The position numbers and the translations under genes were made by a program. Source: Lingula anatina (lineage: Eukaryota > Animalia > Brachiopoda). From it: a stretch of DNA of 64,000 nucleotides. Shown piece after piece: positions 44,825 to 58,898 of the stretch (within the stretch, counting starts at the first letter, position 1; every line of letters begins with the position of its first letter). Below the pieces are notes generated by a model, which did not search any database, was not told the origin of the DNA, and saw only the letters and a program-made list of their open reading frames with translations. The stretch is from assembly GCA_051362555.1 (NCBI GenBank), contig CM120640.1:66690788-66754787 (forward strand), written 5' to 3'.

Positions 44825-47002
44825 GAGATGTTGAAATGATGAAAAATTGTCGGTATCAACGTTATTGTGACTGACTTGATTAAACTGTGATTCAAGAAAA
44901 GAATATTTATTATTATTAGATTCTTTACATTTAGAACTATCCCATTTATATGAGTTAGTGTACATATATTGTAACAATGTTATAAATAAAATTTTGTGAT
45001 AAACTCTGCTTTAACACATAGAATAGAGGAAATGAAATATGAAATAACTTCTTGGTCATTAAAATAAAATAAAAGGTATCACATTCAAATATCAGCATGA
45101 GCAGTTATTTTTGTCACAATTTAGTATCACAAATTTAGTGATTTCTGCAATGACAAATTTTTCGGCATCTTTAACCCCATTTCAGCCAAATTGCATTTCT
45201 GTTTAAGTTAAATTTATTTTCACGGTTAAGTACTTTAATGGTTTATAGATTAGCTAAAAGGCTACACTGAATTTATATATATATATATATATATATAAAT
45301 GCATTACTGGAAATGCAGCTTTTTCCCTCTAACTTGTGATATATGATGTATATAAATCTGTGATAAGGGACAGCTTTGAAGTAGCCATTTATTTTAATGC
45401 CCTTGTGAACAGGTTAACCCTATATAGCGTGCGCGCGCATGTGTGTGTGTGCACATATGTTTATTTTTAACAAAAAATTATTATTGATTTAAGAGAATGT
45501 TTTACAGATTTTATTCACAAATGTTTTAAATGGCAGTTTTAAATGATGAGGTGCTATACTTGTATTATATGATTATATAGGTATCAGGGGTGCTCTTAAT
45601 TTAAACCAAATTTATATTCTAGTTATTAATATTATTCATTATCCTTTTCAATTTTTTTTTCAACAAAACTTGTTTTATATCTGTATTAGTAAACAAATAA
45701 TCACATTTTTCCTTTCTTTTTCTTTTTTTAATCAGGCAATTACCTACATACTAAATTAAAAGTGTTTTTTAGGCTGTTGCAGTTTCCTCTTGTAGGTTTT
45801 TTTGTGACTTTTTTTGGTTGGTTCAGCTGTTACTTAGTAAAACTAGATGGGTTCATGTCAGTGCGTATGTGAGTACTAGTTACTGTGAATAAGAACATTT
45901 ATAGTCTTAGTACATAGCATTTGATACAATACATGTCTATGATAAAAAGTTGCAAGACTTTTATTTGGTTTTCCATCTGATCCCTAATTTTCATCTTCAT
46001 TTTTTGTTTCCTTTGCCTATGTCGTTGAAATGGGGATGGTTATTTTGATTAATTTTGACAAACATTGTCATTTTTAGCATGTTGCCCTTTTATGTGTGAT
46101 ATTTATCAGTTGTTGAATAAATGTTTTGTGTCTTTTTTATTTCGTCATTTTATTATTTTCTCTTTGCAATATTCCAAGGTCTTTGATATATTTTGATAGT
46201 AACACAATGTTTATTGAATTTTTTCCAATAAAAAAATGTAAAACAGCAAAAAAAAAATTAGGATTGTCAACAAAGCACTACTCTAAGTACTTTTAGTTAA
46301 AACTGACTTTCAAGATCTGAAAAAAATGCAGAATTCAATTTCCAAGTAGATCTCCATAAGGAGTGCCTATCAGCTTACAAGCAGCCCAAAGCTTAATTAT
46401 GTAATGTTGCTATTAAAAACCTATCATGTAAAGATCTGCCTCAGACATCCTACCTCATGCAGACGGGGAGGAAGCCTGCTACCTGAGCAGTGTTTTAAGT
46501 GTTGGGGAGAAAGGGGTAGCAGAGTGCACTTCAATCATTTCATAATCAGGCAAAGATGGTTATGATGTGGAGGTCAGACAGATCCCCTTTCCTGTCACTT
46601 AAGAATGTCTAGCACCCCAAGGCTTCTCTCCTGGGATGCAGCACGGTGATGCAGTAGTGTAAAAGTATTACATTTATAAGAATTATTAACAAACAGCAGC
46701 ACTAAGTCGATGTCTTTATTTAGCTGCAGGTCTGTAATAGATATTACACCTCCTGGAGTGTCTTGATTAATGTCCCCCAGGTGCTTTGTTCTTTAGCTGA
46801 TTGACCTCTGGTCACCTCTGTTGTTTTCTTCACATCTCAGACACCACATGCAATCCCCAAAAATTATGTGTTCACCTGAAGTGTGAAGTGAATGGAAAAA
46901 AGCCCTGACAGCTGACTCAGCAGTTAGAAGTCAACTGTTGCAATTCATTCTCACCAATGGGTACAAATACCACAGCAGTAAGCAGACTGAGGACAGACAT
47001 CA

Positions 47003-50000
47003 ATGAGAAGGAGAGACAGAAACCAGACAAACTACACTGCAATGGTGTACCTGAGTTTTCTGATAAAATTGTTCACTGGGATAGTTTTGGTAACAGATGC
47101 GACTTCAGAAGAAAAGAGCAAAAGTGGTGCTAACAAAACTTGTGGTTTTACCCAGGATGATTTCCAAAAGGCTTCTTTTCCTACAGACCCAGATGTACAA
47201 AACAGGGAAAATGTTGGATTCTTTGAGACACGTTCTGAAAGCAGTTTAGTTGAAAGTTTTGGTAATCCAGAAGAAACCATTCACGGAGATAACAATGAAC
47301 AAAACAGTGATTATTTCACCAAAACATCAAATGCCAGTGTTGACAATTATTATGTATTCCATGAAGGACAAATAGATTGTGCAGTCGCATGCCCGAAGGG
47401 TTATTTCATAGGTGACATTACATATGGCTTTCAAAATCAAACCCAAGATGATCTTCATGCCCATTTTGTCAATCTCCAGGACCACCTCACTTGTCTGTAC
47501 AGTGGACTCTGTGCTGAAACACCTTGCAGTGCACTGACACACTGTCTCTCCTACCAGGCCTGCGTCTTCAAGCTCAGCAATGAACTGTGTAAAAATGATA
47601 CAATGCCAGGGACGAGAAAAGTTCTTCACATGGTTGTGACATGCTCCAGGAATGACCACCTTCTGGACATGGTAGGAGATGTAAAGTTGAGTGCATTGCA
47701 GAGATTATATTTGCTACAGAAGCAGACTTTTGTGTCATATATTCAAGCCAAAGCTTTGCAGTACAATGATGAACATGTGGAGAAGGTGAAAGTTGATTAC
47801 AGCTGGGCAGTGGTCAAGACATTTGAGGTTCCTGAAATTGATGCGTTTGATGGTAACTGCCCTATAGGAGAGGAAAAAGATGGGTAGGTTGTTAAGTTAT
47901 TATAGAATGTATTTTGCTTCATTCCAAAACCTAACAACATTTCTTACCATTGTTTGCAGTTTTTTTTTTTTTTTTTTTTTTGTTATTGCATAGTAACTCT
48001 TAAAGCATTGTAATTAACTTTCTTTAATATATTAATTTCAGTCATTTTCAATATTTTATAAACTTCTGTCAGACTTGTTTAAAATTCCCTTGTTTTATGT
48101 GTCTAGTTGGTCTTTTTGTTAAATTCTTCATCAGATTAATCCTAAACAAGAAAATTTTAATACTAATATTTTAGTGTACAGAAAAGAAAGACTGATAATG
48201 ATGAACTTGAATTAAACAGAATGGTAGCTTCAGCACATCTGTTTTAGATCATATAAATTTCTGTCAGATTAGACGCACTTGCTGGGATTCTCACCCCTGC
48301 CCTACAACTGCCACTCAAATCTTGCAAATGTCTAAAAAGGAAGTTTTTTTTTTTTTTTTGCAAGTCACTTTGTGAAATTTGGCTAAGTGCAAGTTAACTT
48401 GATATCATTGAATTATTTTGCACAGTTCAACTGTCTTTATACTGGTCTGTGGCTTTCCTGTGGTGTTCCTTTTAGGTTTGTAGGAGAATGCAACCAAGCT
48501 CCCCCTGAAGGTGCTGTGGCAGGAAGAGAACTGTGGACAAAGTTAGCCAGGTAGATGCATCGACTGCTTTCATTATGAGTCAGATACTTGAATATATTTT
48601 ATTGAATAAATGAAACCCCAAGCACTTTGTAACCACTGCTATCTGATAAATATTTTATGTGGGATGAAACAACACTGAAAGAATGATCCTAATAATTTTG
48701 AAAGTATAATGGACCATGTGATGAAAATTCACCAATTTTTTTTTTTTTTTTTAATTTTCCAAATACAAATGGGCAGACATCATTTACCCATTCTGCATGT
48801 AAAACATGACTGAGCAGTCCTGTAAGTAAACTGGTCTTGATCTTCTTCAGAATTCCTGACAGAAACCACAGACAAGAGTTGAAAAGTGTCTACTGTGCCT
48901 ACCATTACAACAGACAGGGAGGATGTGTGCCTACTGTGTTTGCCTCAAATGTGGGTAACAACAAAACAACACAAAAATAAGCTGGTTCCAGAGTGGAAAT
49001 TCAAGATTTGTGAGAAAATAGTGGGGAAATCAGTTTCTATTTCAACTGCAACATTTTTGTATAATGTAACATATATAACCCCTTTTGTGATATACTTGAT
49101 AGGGCTGCTTTGTGATTCTAGAATCTAGCTAAAAGGACCATTTGGTATTTTTATCACTGCAGTTATGTTACACGTAATTACTATATGCTGCTAGTAATTG
49201 TGGTCTCCTTTTCAATTTTGAAAGGCAGGGAAACACTAGGCCTTCAAATGAAAATGTAATTTGGAAATTTTACAGGAAACCGGACAAATTCTTTTTACAA
49301 GTAGAATTTTACCAATACCTGGGACAAGACCTGATTTTTCCTTGGATAGCCAAGGTACAGAAGGTTATTTCTCTTACTTGAAGGATTGTGTGTTAGGCTT
49401 GCCTTTTCAGAAAAAAAAAGTTTAGTTCTACACAAAATTAAGTTGAACCACTAAAAATTTTCTTTCATGTTATTTTTTTAAAATTTGCCTGAGGATTTTG
49501 CACCTACTTGAAAATAAATAATTGGAAGTAAATGTTTAAGAAAAAAAATTTAATATTTTGCTTGCTGTATTTGGTCATTTCTTTATAAGCTCAGGAGGTG
49601 CCCCACCAGGGTCTGGTACCAGTGAGACTTGGTTTTATTATTATGGTCCATAAGGGAACCATGGCAGTGGTATGTTTATATTCATTTTAGATTAACATGT
49701 TTTGCTTAAGGGGTGTTCATAGAATCATATGATTTTAAAATATATAAACAAACTTTTCAATTTCTTTGTAAAGGTTTTCTTAGTAGAGGAATCTTTTTGT
49801 ATTTGTATATGTATGTGCTCTAAGACATCACTTTTGTTTTGTTTTTTTTTTTTGTTTTTTTAGCTCCAAATGTTGCAATTAATTTTGCAGCCCCAACATT
49901 TTTATGTGATCCATGTCTGCAGAGGAGCAGAAACTGTCAGAGAGGTTGTTATATTTTAAATTTTAAGATTTACTTTGATATTTCATGAATGTAACAAGGA

Positions 50001-53000
50001 TTATCCTCTTTTCGTGAATGATTATCAAAATTTATCAAAGAAATTGATCAACAGTTTGGACAGAGTTGATACTGAGTAATTTGAACAATTAACATAACAT
50101 TAAGTTTCAACTGTATTTTGCATAAGAATGTTAAAATGTATCTTAATTCTAGATCAAGGTGCTCTTTCTTTTCAGGAAATAAAAAGATTTATTTCAAAAG
50201 AACTCAAAGGATATCATAATATTAGAGTTCTCCCATACTCAAGGTAAACAACATTTGAATCTATCTCTACTTATGAAATATGCATAAGATATTTTTGCTC
50301 ATTGTAATAATCATAAAAAAAGTAATAATATTTTATACTAAATTTAATGAGGTATCATTGCCACCAAGTGATTAGTCAGATAGCAGAGGGTCACGAAGTG
50401 TTTTGTTGTGCCTTGTGACAATAATTGTTGGTCTATAATTAACAAAACAAAATAGCGCTGTCCAATATATTCCACAGGGGCCATAGCAATAGTTCCAAGG
50501 TTCATTGGTCTGAAGGTTCCATAGTGTAAATTGATGCATGAAAAAAGTGTATAGTGTACTGGCAATAAAGTAAAGTTCATCAGAGACACGTGAATACAAT
50601 TTTGGGGACCAATGAACCTTCGGACCAGTGAACCTTAGGATTTTTGAGAAGCACCCATTCTACAGACCCCCGAGTTCTACAGACAGCCACGTTGTTTTGA
50701 TATTGAAACTTTGTTTCATATGATCTTGTATAAATGCTGATTCGAATAATATTGTTTTTCATCTATTTAAAAAATCATAGATCATTTCTTTCGTCCTGGG
50801 GATCATTTGAGATTGTCAGAGCAGAGTTGGAGGTAATGCTGAAATATCTTACAAAAATGTTCTGCTTGTGAATTAAATTTTGAAATAACAAGCCTTTAAT
50901 TTTTCTGTCACAAATGACCCATTACCTATTGCAGTTTTATTATTCTTTAATTCAGCAGCTTCAGGCTCTATCTTAAAAGATAGCTTATAAACCTGTTGAA
51001 TGATATTCTTGAATCTTGATGGCATTTATACATGCAACATTACTTGCCATTGGATCTGTCCATGCATACAAATGATTTTTCAAACTTTCTTAATCTGATT
51101 AAATGAAACAAGTAAATCTCACTGCCTGACAAAGATAGTATTTCATCCCTTCATTTATAACTTTATATGATGGCTCACCTGATTAAAATCAAAGAACTAG
51201 GATTTGTAATGTTCTAGCATTGATTGATTGGTTTAATCTTAATTATTAGCCCTAAATACTGTTTGGACATTTGTCTTTTCTTTTATCCTTGTTAAAACAA
51301 GGTTTTCATACATGGTAAAAGTTAAATTTAATGCATTTAGTGTATAGAGGAACTCCTCAAGATGGGGGTGTGGGACTTTGTCATAAACCTGAGTGGCCAG
51401 GATCTTCCACTGGGGACTATGGAGGATTTAGCTCTGGCACTGGCTCCTTACAGAGGTAAAACTGGAAGATATTGTCTTATTTCTCTGGCATAAAAGACAT
51501 CTTTTCATTTTTAAATAAGTGTCTTTACCTTCTTACCTTCTTAATGCATTTCTTAAAATGCTTACACAAAATTACTGTTGTCAGTCTAAGCAAACTGTGT
51601 TTCCTTCAAACAGGAAAGAACTTTATCAGAGTGAATTTCAAACTGGATTATATCAAGGATGCACCATCCAGAAGTGTTTGGTAAATAGATCTTACTTCAG
51701 TGTTACAAATTAAACAACCTTTTGTCAAGAAATTCTTAAGCAATTTGTGTACATGAGAAAGAGAAACTTGTTATGTAAAAGTTAAACTATCTGTTAAATG
51801 TAATGTAACATTGCATGCACAGATTTTGAAAGTCAGATCTGCCTGTGATGTAAATTTTACACAAGCACATCGAGAAGAAGTGTAATTTTTTTCTGTTTGT
51901 TACATAAATATATTACCCAATAATTATCAGGCACAACTTAGGTGGGCACGTGTATAATGTAACTACAAGAAAACCAGGACATTTTGACCTCTACAGCAGT
52001 GCAACATGGTTTGTTCTTAGCAGGTACGGCATTGCATTCACATTGCCTCATTAAGGTTAAAGGGATAATAACTCTTCGTTTCGGCCAAAAAATGAATTTT
52101 CCTGGAGTAGAAAACAATTTTCCCATACTTACCAATGGTTAATGAATCCATTTTTACATTCAAAGTTAGTCCCTGGTTTTTTTCTAAAAAGTTTGGTTTT
52201 TTGTTAAAATCTCTTAAGAGATTTTAACAGAGTATAGCCATCAATGGAGGTCACATGGTCTAAAGACAAGCTCTGATATCAGAATAATACTGAGTAGTTA
52301 TAACTGCTGTTTTTGTGGTAAAACAGATTATATGATATTTCTATGAGTTACAATGTTTTTTATTGTGAAATATAGATATCATACGAAGGGTTATTATCCC
52401 TTTAATTTAGTTATGATTTAAAACAGCATAATAGTGATATCTGATAAATATTTTAGTAATTTCATTTTTTTTTGGGGGGGGGGTAGTACTGTAGATGTCT
52501 GACATTAAAGAGATTTACCCTTTTTTATGAAATATAGGGATTTTGCCAACTTCAGCATAAACCCAGATGAGGCCAAAGTAAGAGAAAAAATATTCTTTAT
52601 ACAGACATCAATGATACCAGATGAGACTTACTTTGCTACCATAATGGAGGCCAGCAGATTCAAGTGAGTGACATATTTTAAACTTTGTGCACAAGTGTGC
52701 ACACTTTGGTTTTGCTTTACTTTTAAGTTTACTCCCAAGTTCCTTTTCATACTATACATATGCAAAATTTTTGCTTAGTAGAATAATTGGATTTACAATA
52801 TTTCTTGGCATCATTACCAAATTGCTAGTATTCAAACACCATCATTGAAAAATACTAAAACATTTTTCTCAACATTTGATACTCTTTCCTTCAGTATAGC
52901 TTAGGTGTATAACATTCATACCTAGATACTCAATCCATGCTGTAAATTAAATTATTATTATTTGCTGATCTGTAGTGCAATTTACAATAAATAAACAAGA

Positions 53001-56000
53001 ATTACTTTTCATGGTTTCAGAGGCACCCTAGTAAACTTCAACCTCCATTTTACTCCACGGTTTGAAGGAAATGACAGAAATAACCTGTGCAGACATTCAG
53101 ATGACATAGATTACTGTGGAATGGTAGGACATAGAACTTGTAGACATTTGTTACAACTACATTCATACAGATATGTAAGAAATATACATAACATTTTAAA
53201 GTCACAATTTTCTATGGACCTTCTTCGGTATTACCATCTTTTCACTGTATATAGTAGGGCCACATCTCTTAGGCACAATCATAAAAGATCTATGCATTAA
53301 AAAAGATTATTGTCATTATTTTTAAATTTAAAAAGGAAATTTATTAGATTATTTTGGTAAAATAAAAATTTTCACAATTTTTAAAAACAACCTTTTAGGG
53401 TCCAAGGGTACTCCATTCTGCAGATGTAGGTCTACTAAGGCTTCATTCTCACAGGCATTTCTTTGCTAGGAAATTCAGTACTAACCCACAAGATGATGTC
53501 AGAGAACAGATCATAAAAGATCTAGCTCACTACAACTTCAGTCCCCCTTTTAAGCTAGGGGTTCCAGACACTGTGGTTAGGTGTATACCAGATTTCATTT
53601 TGCACAGTCATATGTAACATTTATAATTAATTTAAAATGTATTGAGTCTAGGCATTTAGATATTTAGACAATGTCTCATGATTGAAGAATGTAACAATCA
53701 TTGAATTGATTTTTACACATTGGATTGTTTCAATATTCAAATTTTGATGCAGTGATTTGCTGGAGAACAACATCATGTTTATAAATTATCTATTGTTTTT
53801 ATATTACAAGAAACAGTAAAATTTTACATTTTAAAGAAGAACTAATGATTGAATAAGGACCAAGAATGTTAACTGTTTATTTATTTATTCACAATTCAGG
53901 AAGCTTGCTGAACATGCATTGACATGTCTGAAAGAGAACCACAGCCCTCATGAAAAAAATTGGACATTGCATAGAGTGACCAGCTGGGCAATACTGCCCA
54001 GACTGGACATTTCTGATCCCTGCTGTGAGGTCCCACGTCTCATGGGAGGACTGGTGGATGAATTTCTGTATACCATTGTATTCACTGTGGTATGTATTGT
54101 AATGAGTGTCCTAGGCACCATTCCCACAGATATTTGGATCGACCTATCTCCCTGGGGAGTTTCACTAAATTGCTATCAAACTAACCAGCTTAAACATCTG
54201 TCACGCCTAGTAAAACTGTTAGGGGGTAATTATCTTTACCCCTAGCTGATTCGGTACGCGTGACAGATATTTAAGCCTCTTGAGCTGATAGCAATTTAGC
54301 GTGAACCTCCAGGGAGTTGGGTCAATCCAGATGGATTGATCTAAGTATGGGAACCCAGTCCTAGGAACTAAACCAGATGACCAGCAGTAAAAGCCAGTGG
54401 AGTGCTGAAAGAAAAATGAATGAGTGAAATAATGATTGTATTTATTGTAATTTGCTGAATGGTCCCTTTCTGAATTTTCTAGTTTAATGCAAAAGAAATT
54501 ATGTATTGAAAGATATCTTTTTTGCTGTATTGGAGTCATCTTTATTAGATTTGTAACAAATACCACAAGAAGCTTGGTTGTATATCTGCCTATTATCTAT
54601 GTTTAAGGCAAATACCAAAATGGGAGTTCAGGAAGCCAGGGCATCATTGGTAAGCAGCACTTAAACCTGTAATCAAGGAGGGGCAGTTCTTTAGTTTAGA
54701 AATGTGTAGGCTGTTCCACCAAGATACTGTTTTGATACTTTGGCTATGCACAAATAAAAATTAAAAACGTTGTTTCTGTAATTGTATGCAATTGAAAAAT
54801 ATGAGCATATTTATCTTTAATAAGTTTTGATATGTGGTATAAAAGAATTTAATAATACAACTTCCCAAATGTTTTATTTCAGAGTATGAGATCCAGGCAC
54901 AGCTGTTTTTCCTTAGGAGTAATCCGATCAATGCAGTTGTCTACACGACTGGAACATCACTATAATCCCCACTTGCCTAGAAGGGAGTGAGCTCAGCATT
55001 CCCACATTTATTGCATTTTGTTATGCAGAATTTGAAAAATTACTATCAATAAAACATTTTGTGAGATAAATTTTTTGAGTAAAATAGTCACTTTCTTTAT
55101 GGTGTAATCCGTTAATTCATGTCAGATTAGACTTTGCTGTATGTTTGCTTTAAAAAATCAGAAATAACCATTTTTTCTGCAGCCCTCCCGACAGCCTTTC
55201 AGTTGCATTGCCCTCTCCAACAGAACCTGCTGGGGGTCATTTCTTGTGGCTCCATCTAGTGTTACATACAGAGCAGCTAATGGGCACATGTGCAGGTATT
55301 CTGTCATTGATTTTGAGATCTCTTGCATTTGGATGAACAATTAACCACAAGGGTTCACCTGTAAGTTCTTTTTGACATGTTTAGTTTGGTTTCATAGCTT
55401 GTATAATAACTTTATTTACAGGTTGACAAAATTAATGTACGTGTCACTGAAATTTATATTTTGTCTGACCGTGGAAGCTTACATAAATTTCCATGGTATG
55501 ATAGAATTCAATTCCATTTGTTTTGTACTTCATTAATCTCTTTCAACAGGACATTTACTAACCTCTACATTTTTATAATGACAGAAATGGCTAACATTAC
55601 CAAGCAGACGTCAAACCAAACATATGCCATCTACTGGCACACAGAAGAACTAGACCAGTGGGACATGTTCTTTATAGGCACCTTGTTGGATCCTGAAGGG
55701 AATGCGAAATGTCATAGAGAAATCAGACTACGCTGGACTGGAGAACTGGTGAGGACAAACAATTCAGAATGGTTGTCGTTGATGTGGCTTCCTCTTGTTT
55801 GCAGAATTATATAAAGGAAACTAATGTACATTTTCATAAATTTGGAAGTTGTTAAACTTGGAAACTAAGAAAAAGCTTTTATTTCTTTATGAAGTCATCC
55901 CTGTCACAAGTGTGAACATTTTGTTTGCCAGGGAAACTGTCAGGAAACAAAGTCATTTAAAATTTAAAGAAGAATTTACTTAAAGTGTTTCGTTTCAAGT

Positions 56001-56619
56001 TGTATATATCCCTCTCTGTTCCATGTAGTGAAAACAAATATTCCAGATTGATTTCATTTGTCATTTCTTTCAGATGAAAGCTGATGTTTTCAAGTATGTT
56101 TTTATGTGTGGGGTTCTGGGGCCAGGAAAATGGACTGTAAATTTAAGACAAGTATGTTAGTTACATCACTTATTCAGATCATGGTTTGGGAATCTGTAAT
56201 ACCATAATTACATTTTGCACCAGAGTGTATTAGCAGCAGTAATGTTTTTACCTAAATATAGATTTTAATCATGTTCAGTTTCCGATCATTTGACAAATGG
56301 AATCATTTTTCATTTTCAGCAATTTATAGCCAATCCCTTCACTTATAGTACTTCAGTCCATCTTGCAGATACAGCAGATTACAATTCAGGTGAAATGGAG
56401 GGCCATTTTATTTTGATTAATGCATACTTCACTATTAAAAAGATTTGGTATTTTGTTCTACATTTGAATCCCAAAAGTTCTTACTAATTACAGTAACCCT
56501 GATGTAATAAAATATATATTCCAGTAATTCAGAGATTCAGACCATTTTGCTTTTATTCTTTTTCAGATGAGGTTCGTAGATTTTGGAAGGTCACAGATGT
56601 AGCTTTTCTGCCCGTGTAA
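47003..56619 (+). CDS. SUEL/galactose-lectin-like domain plus GT14 (core-2/I-branching) xylosyltransferase-like protein; about 22 exons
   Basis: Exon 1 (47003 or 47042 to 47884) has a hydrophobic N-terminus and a Cys-rich module ending DTMPGTRKVLHMVVTC. Small downstream exons join in phase to give PVRLGFIIMVHK (49596), HFYVIHVC (49864), SSWGSFEIV (50781), WDFVINLSGQDLPL (51341), LYSSATWFVLSR (51930), MIPDETYFATI (52539), CRHSDDIDYCG (53021), HFFARKF (53399), LLDPEG (55584), LGPGKWTV (56074) and RFWKVTD...PV* (56567-56619). The motif order follows XYLT1/2. Confidence 0.88.
50477..50656. mobile_element. Small MITE with repeated subterminal inverted motifs
   Basis: aaggttcattggtctgaaggttc on the left is mirrored by gaccaatgaaccttcggaccagtgaacctt on the right; GGG...CCC ends. 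Confidence 0.6.
52061..52401. mobile_element. Kolobok-type MITE (copy 2, inverted relative to 23129-23467)
   Basis: ttaa|agggataataactcttcg ... cgaagggttattatccct|ttaa. The interior is the reverse complement of copy 1, e.g. gagtatagccatcaatggaggtcac. Confidence 0.9.
54114..54361. mobile_element. Palindromic MITE, longer member of the 6857-7070 family
   Basis: Imperfect foldback over its length (ctaaattgctatca / tgatagcaatttag; cttaaacatctgtcacgc / gcgtgacagatatttaag), flanked by cctagg on both sides. Confidence 0.8.
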
Positions 56620-58336
56620 GGGTACACCAATACCAACAACCTGGGAGATGGGGAAGAACTTCATCTACAGCAAAATACACTCATGTCAGGACTCATCAAT
56701 TTTACATATAGACATGATCTGTAATTTAGGATGTTAAATAAAAGGAAAAAAATTCTTAGAAGGCATTTTTCATCTTTTGTATCATATATCGTTTGTTAAA
56801 GTATAAGATACCTGCTTGTGTTACTTGCCCAACACTTTTAATTGAAAAAAATTGGGACCCGGCACACATTGTCAAAAAATAAATTATTACTTTTTACTTC
56901 CGTTTTGCATATTTTGTTGTTGTTGTTTTGTTTTTGGAGTTCATCATGCTAAGACAGTCTGCATCTATTTAATTAATTTCATGGTATAGTTTTGTTGTCT
57001 TGTATGAGGTATTAATAACAGCATATGATATTTTAGTTGTCTCAATAGTGCACTCTTTTTCAAAGCTAATAATTTCAGAAGCAACCACTAGTAAACTCAG
57101 TAATTAAGTCATGGCTTTAAGGATATTGTAAGCCTTTGCCCAAAACTCCTTATTTACTGCCTTACATTCTTTTGGGTAATAGATAAATCTTCAGTGTACA
57201 GTGATTAAATTAACATTTACACGTCATCTTAAGGGTGATGTCATAATTGCGATTTTGGGGTAAAAACTGAAAAATCTGTTTTTCAAATTTCTCCTTTATC
57301 TAAGCACCCACTATCACCATTTTGATGCCGATTTAATGACACCATTTAGCACTCCAAAGGCCTGCCAATGATTTTTCTTGAAAGTCTTAGTTCACATTTT
57401 ATCGTTGATAAAGCAAAATAATACCTTTGTTTAATGAAAATCTGTAATCAGGAGCTCTTAACTCCATTGGAAAAACATTTAACTCAAAATGATGGCACAG
57501 GGTTGTAGCCCATACACTTGTAGCTAACTCTGTCAATTTTCGCAATATTTAATAAAATCTTGTGCAGGAATGAAGTTCGGCTTCATGCCAATTGCTATCT
57601 CACCTCAAAATAGAAAGGTTTTAAACTGACGATTAAAACTTTGTGATAAAAGATGTGCATGGTTGGTTCATTTGAAATATACCCAGTTTTTACATGGTCT
57701 TACTTAAAAATAACTTTGAGAGAATATCATCATAATTTACATCATTTGTTCTATCATCTCTCAAGCTTTGTACAAGATTTTGTATAATTATTGTAATTGT
57801 TATTTGTTGTAATAAAGACAATGTTTTTTATTTTATTTTTTATTTATTTATTTTTTTTTGTATTTGATCTTATTTGAATATTTTAAGTCAATAGTTAACA
57901 AACCATTCTGTTACATTTCTGTTACAATACATACATGAATTGTTTCAAAAAACTGAACAATTTAACACATAACATGCCAAATAGAGTAAAAATGATTAAG
58001 TCTAAAGCAATTTTATTACCTAAAAGACAATTCTTATGAAGTTCTGGCAAATTAGAGAACAACCCATTACTGATGCACACAAGAAATGCATCTACTGGTA
58101 CTGTATGAACCACAAATTCCTCCATATTCCTCTAATTAATGCACATGTGATTTTTCCTCAGACATTTTACAGGGCAAAACCTTGTCCCTGTAGCATCTGC
58201 ATTTCCCCACCATCTATGTTTCTCTCAAAAAGAAGACCTGCACTTCAAACCACTGATGGTCTTTCATTTCTGTACCAATTTCTTGAGATAAATGTCCTAC
58301 ATCTCATATATTATATGGATATATTAATTAGATGTT

Positions 58337-58898
58337 TTAGTCCCACTTTGAAGTTTTCTTCTGTAGTCTTTCTTCTCCCTCCTCTGTGACAGCTCTGTAC
58401 ATATCTGCCTTGTTCTCTGCCATAGCATTCATATAAGCCAGATATGCCACACAGCCAGATATGGCTACCAGTCCCAGACCCATGACAACTTTGTTCTGAA
58501 ATACAGAAAGTGAGACAAACTTGCAGTGGTGTTTAAGATTTTATATTTTGACAGTGAAGACTTAGGTACTGCACATAGTTACTATATCGTCAAATACCTA
58601 GTTTCACCTCAGATTGCTGTGTACTACTTACACTAATATATTTCGATATATGCATACAGCATCTTGCAATTATAACAAGTTATAAAAACACATTGAAGTT
58701 ATCAAATTGCCAGTATTTGAAAGAGGCATATTCTGAATTAAGAAGCAAGGTTCTTTTACTCACTGGTTTAACAAAGAGTTCAAAATTAACTGCCCTGAAG
58801 ACTGAAGTAGTTTTAATATTTTTCCAGCCAGGCTCCTGATAACCTTCTGTTGCAGGAGGAGGTTTTGGTGTGTTCCCATTCGACCCCTTCTCTGCCAT
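58337..58898 (-). CDS. SMIM8: Small integral membrane protein 8
   Basis: Exons 58898-58764 and 58495-58337 give MAEKGSNG...EPGWKNIKTTSVFRAVNFELFVKP|NKVVMGLGLVAISGCVAYLAYM...LQKKTSKWD*, matching the FRAVNxELFxKPNK and KTSKWD signatures. Confidence 0.95.

Noticed and set aside
47003-47887. Stand-alone 294-aa single-exon gene
   Set aside because: A GG|gtaggt donor just before the stop links in phase to the downstream GT14 exons, so it is better read as exon 1. Transcript confirmation is still needed.
48220-48340. Open frame NGSFSTSVLDHINFCQIRRTCWDSHPCP as a possible extra exon of the GT14 gene
   Set aside because: Its phase does not fit the exon-1 donor, it lacks a good GT donor, and exon 1 joins 48476 directly in frame.
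57229-57720. Possible TTAA-flanked transposon remnant between the GT14 gene and SMIM8
   Set aside because: One plausible end (ttaagggtg) was seen, but no matching second TIR or TSD.
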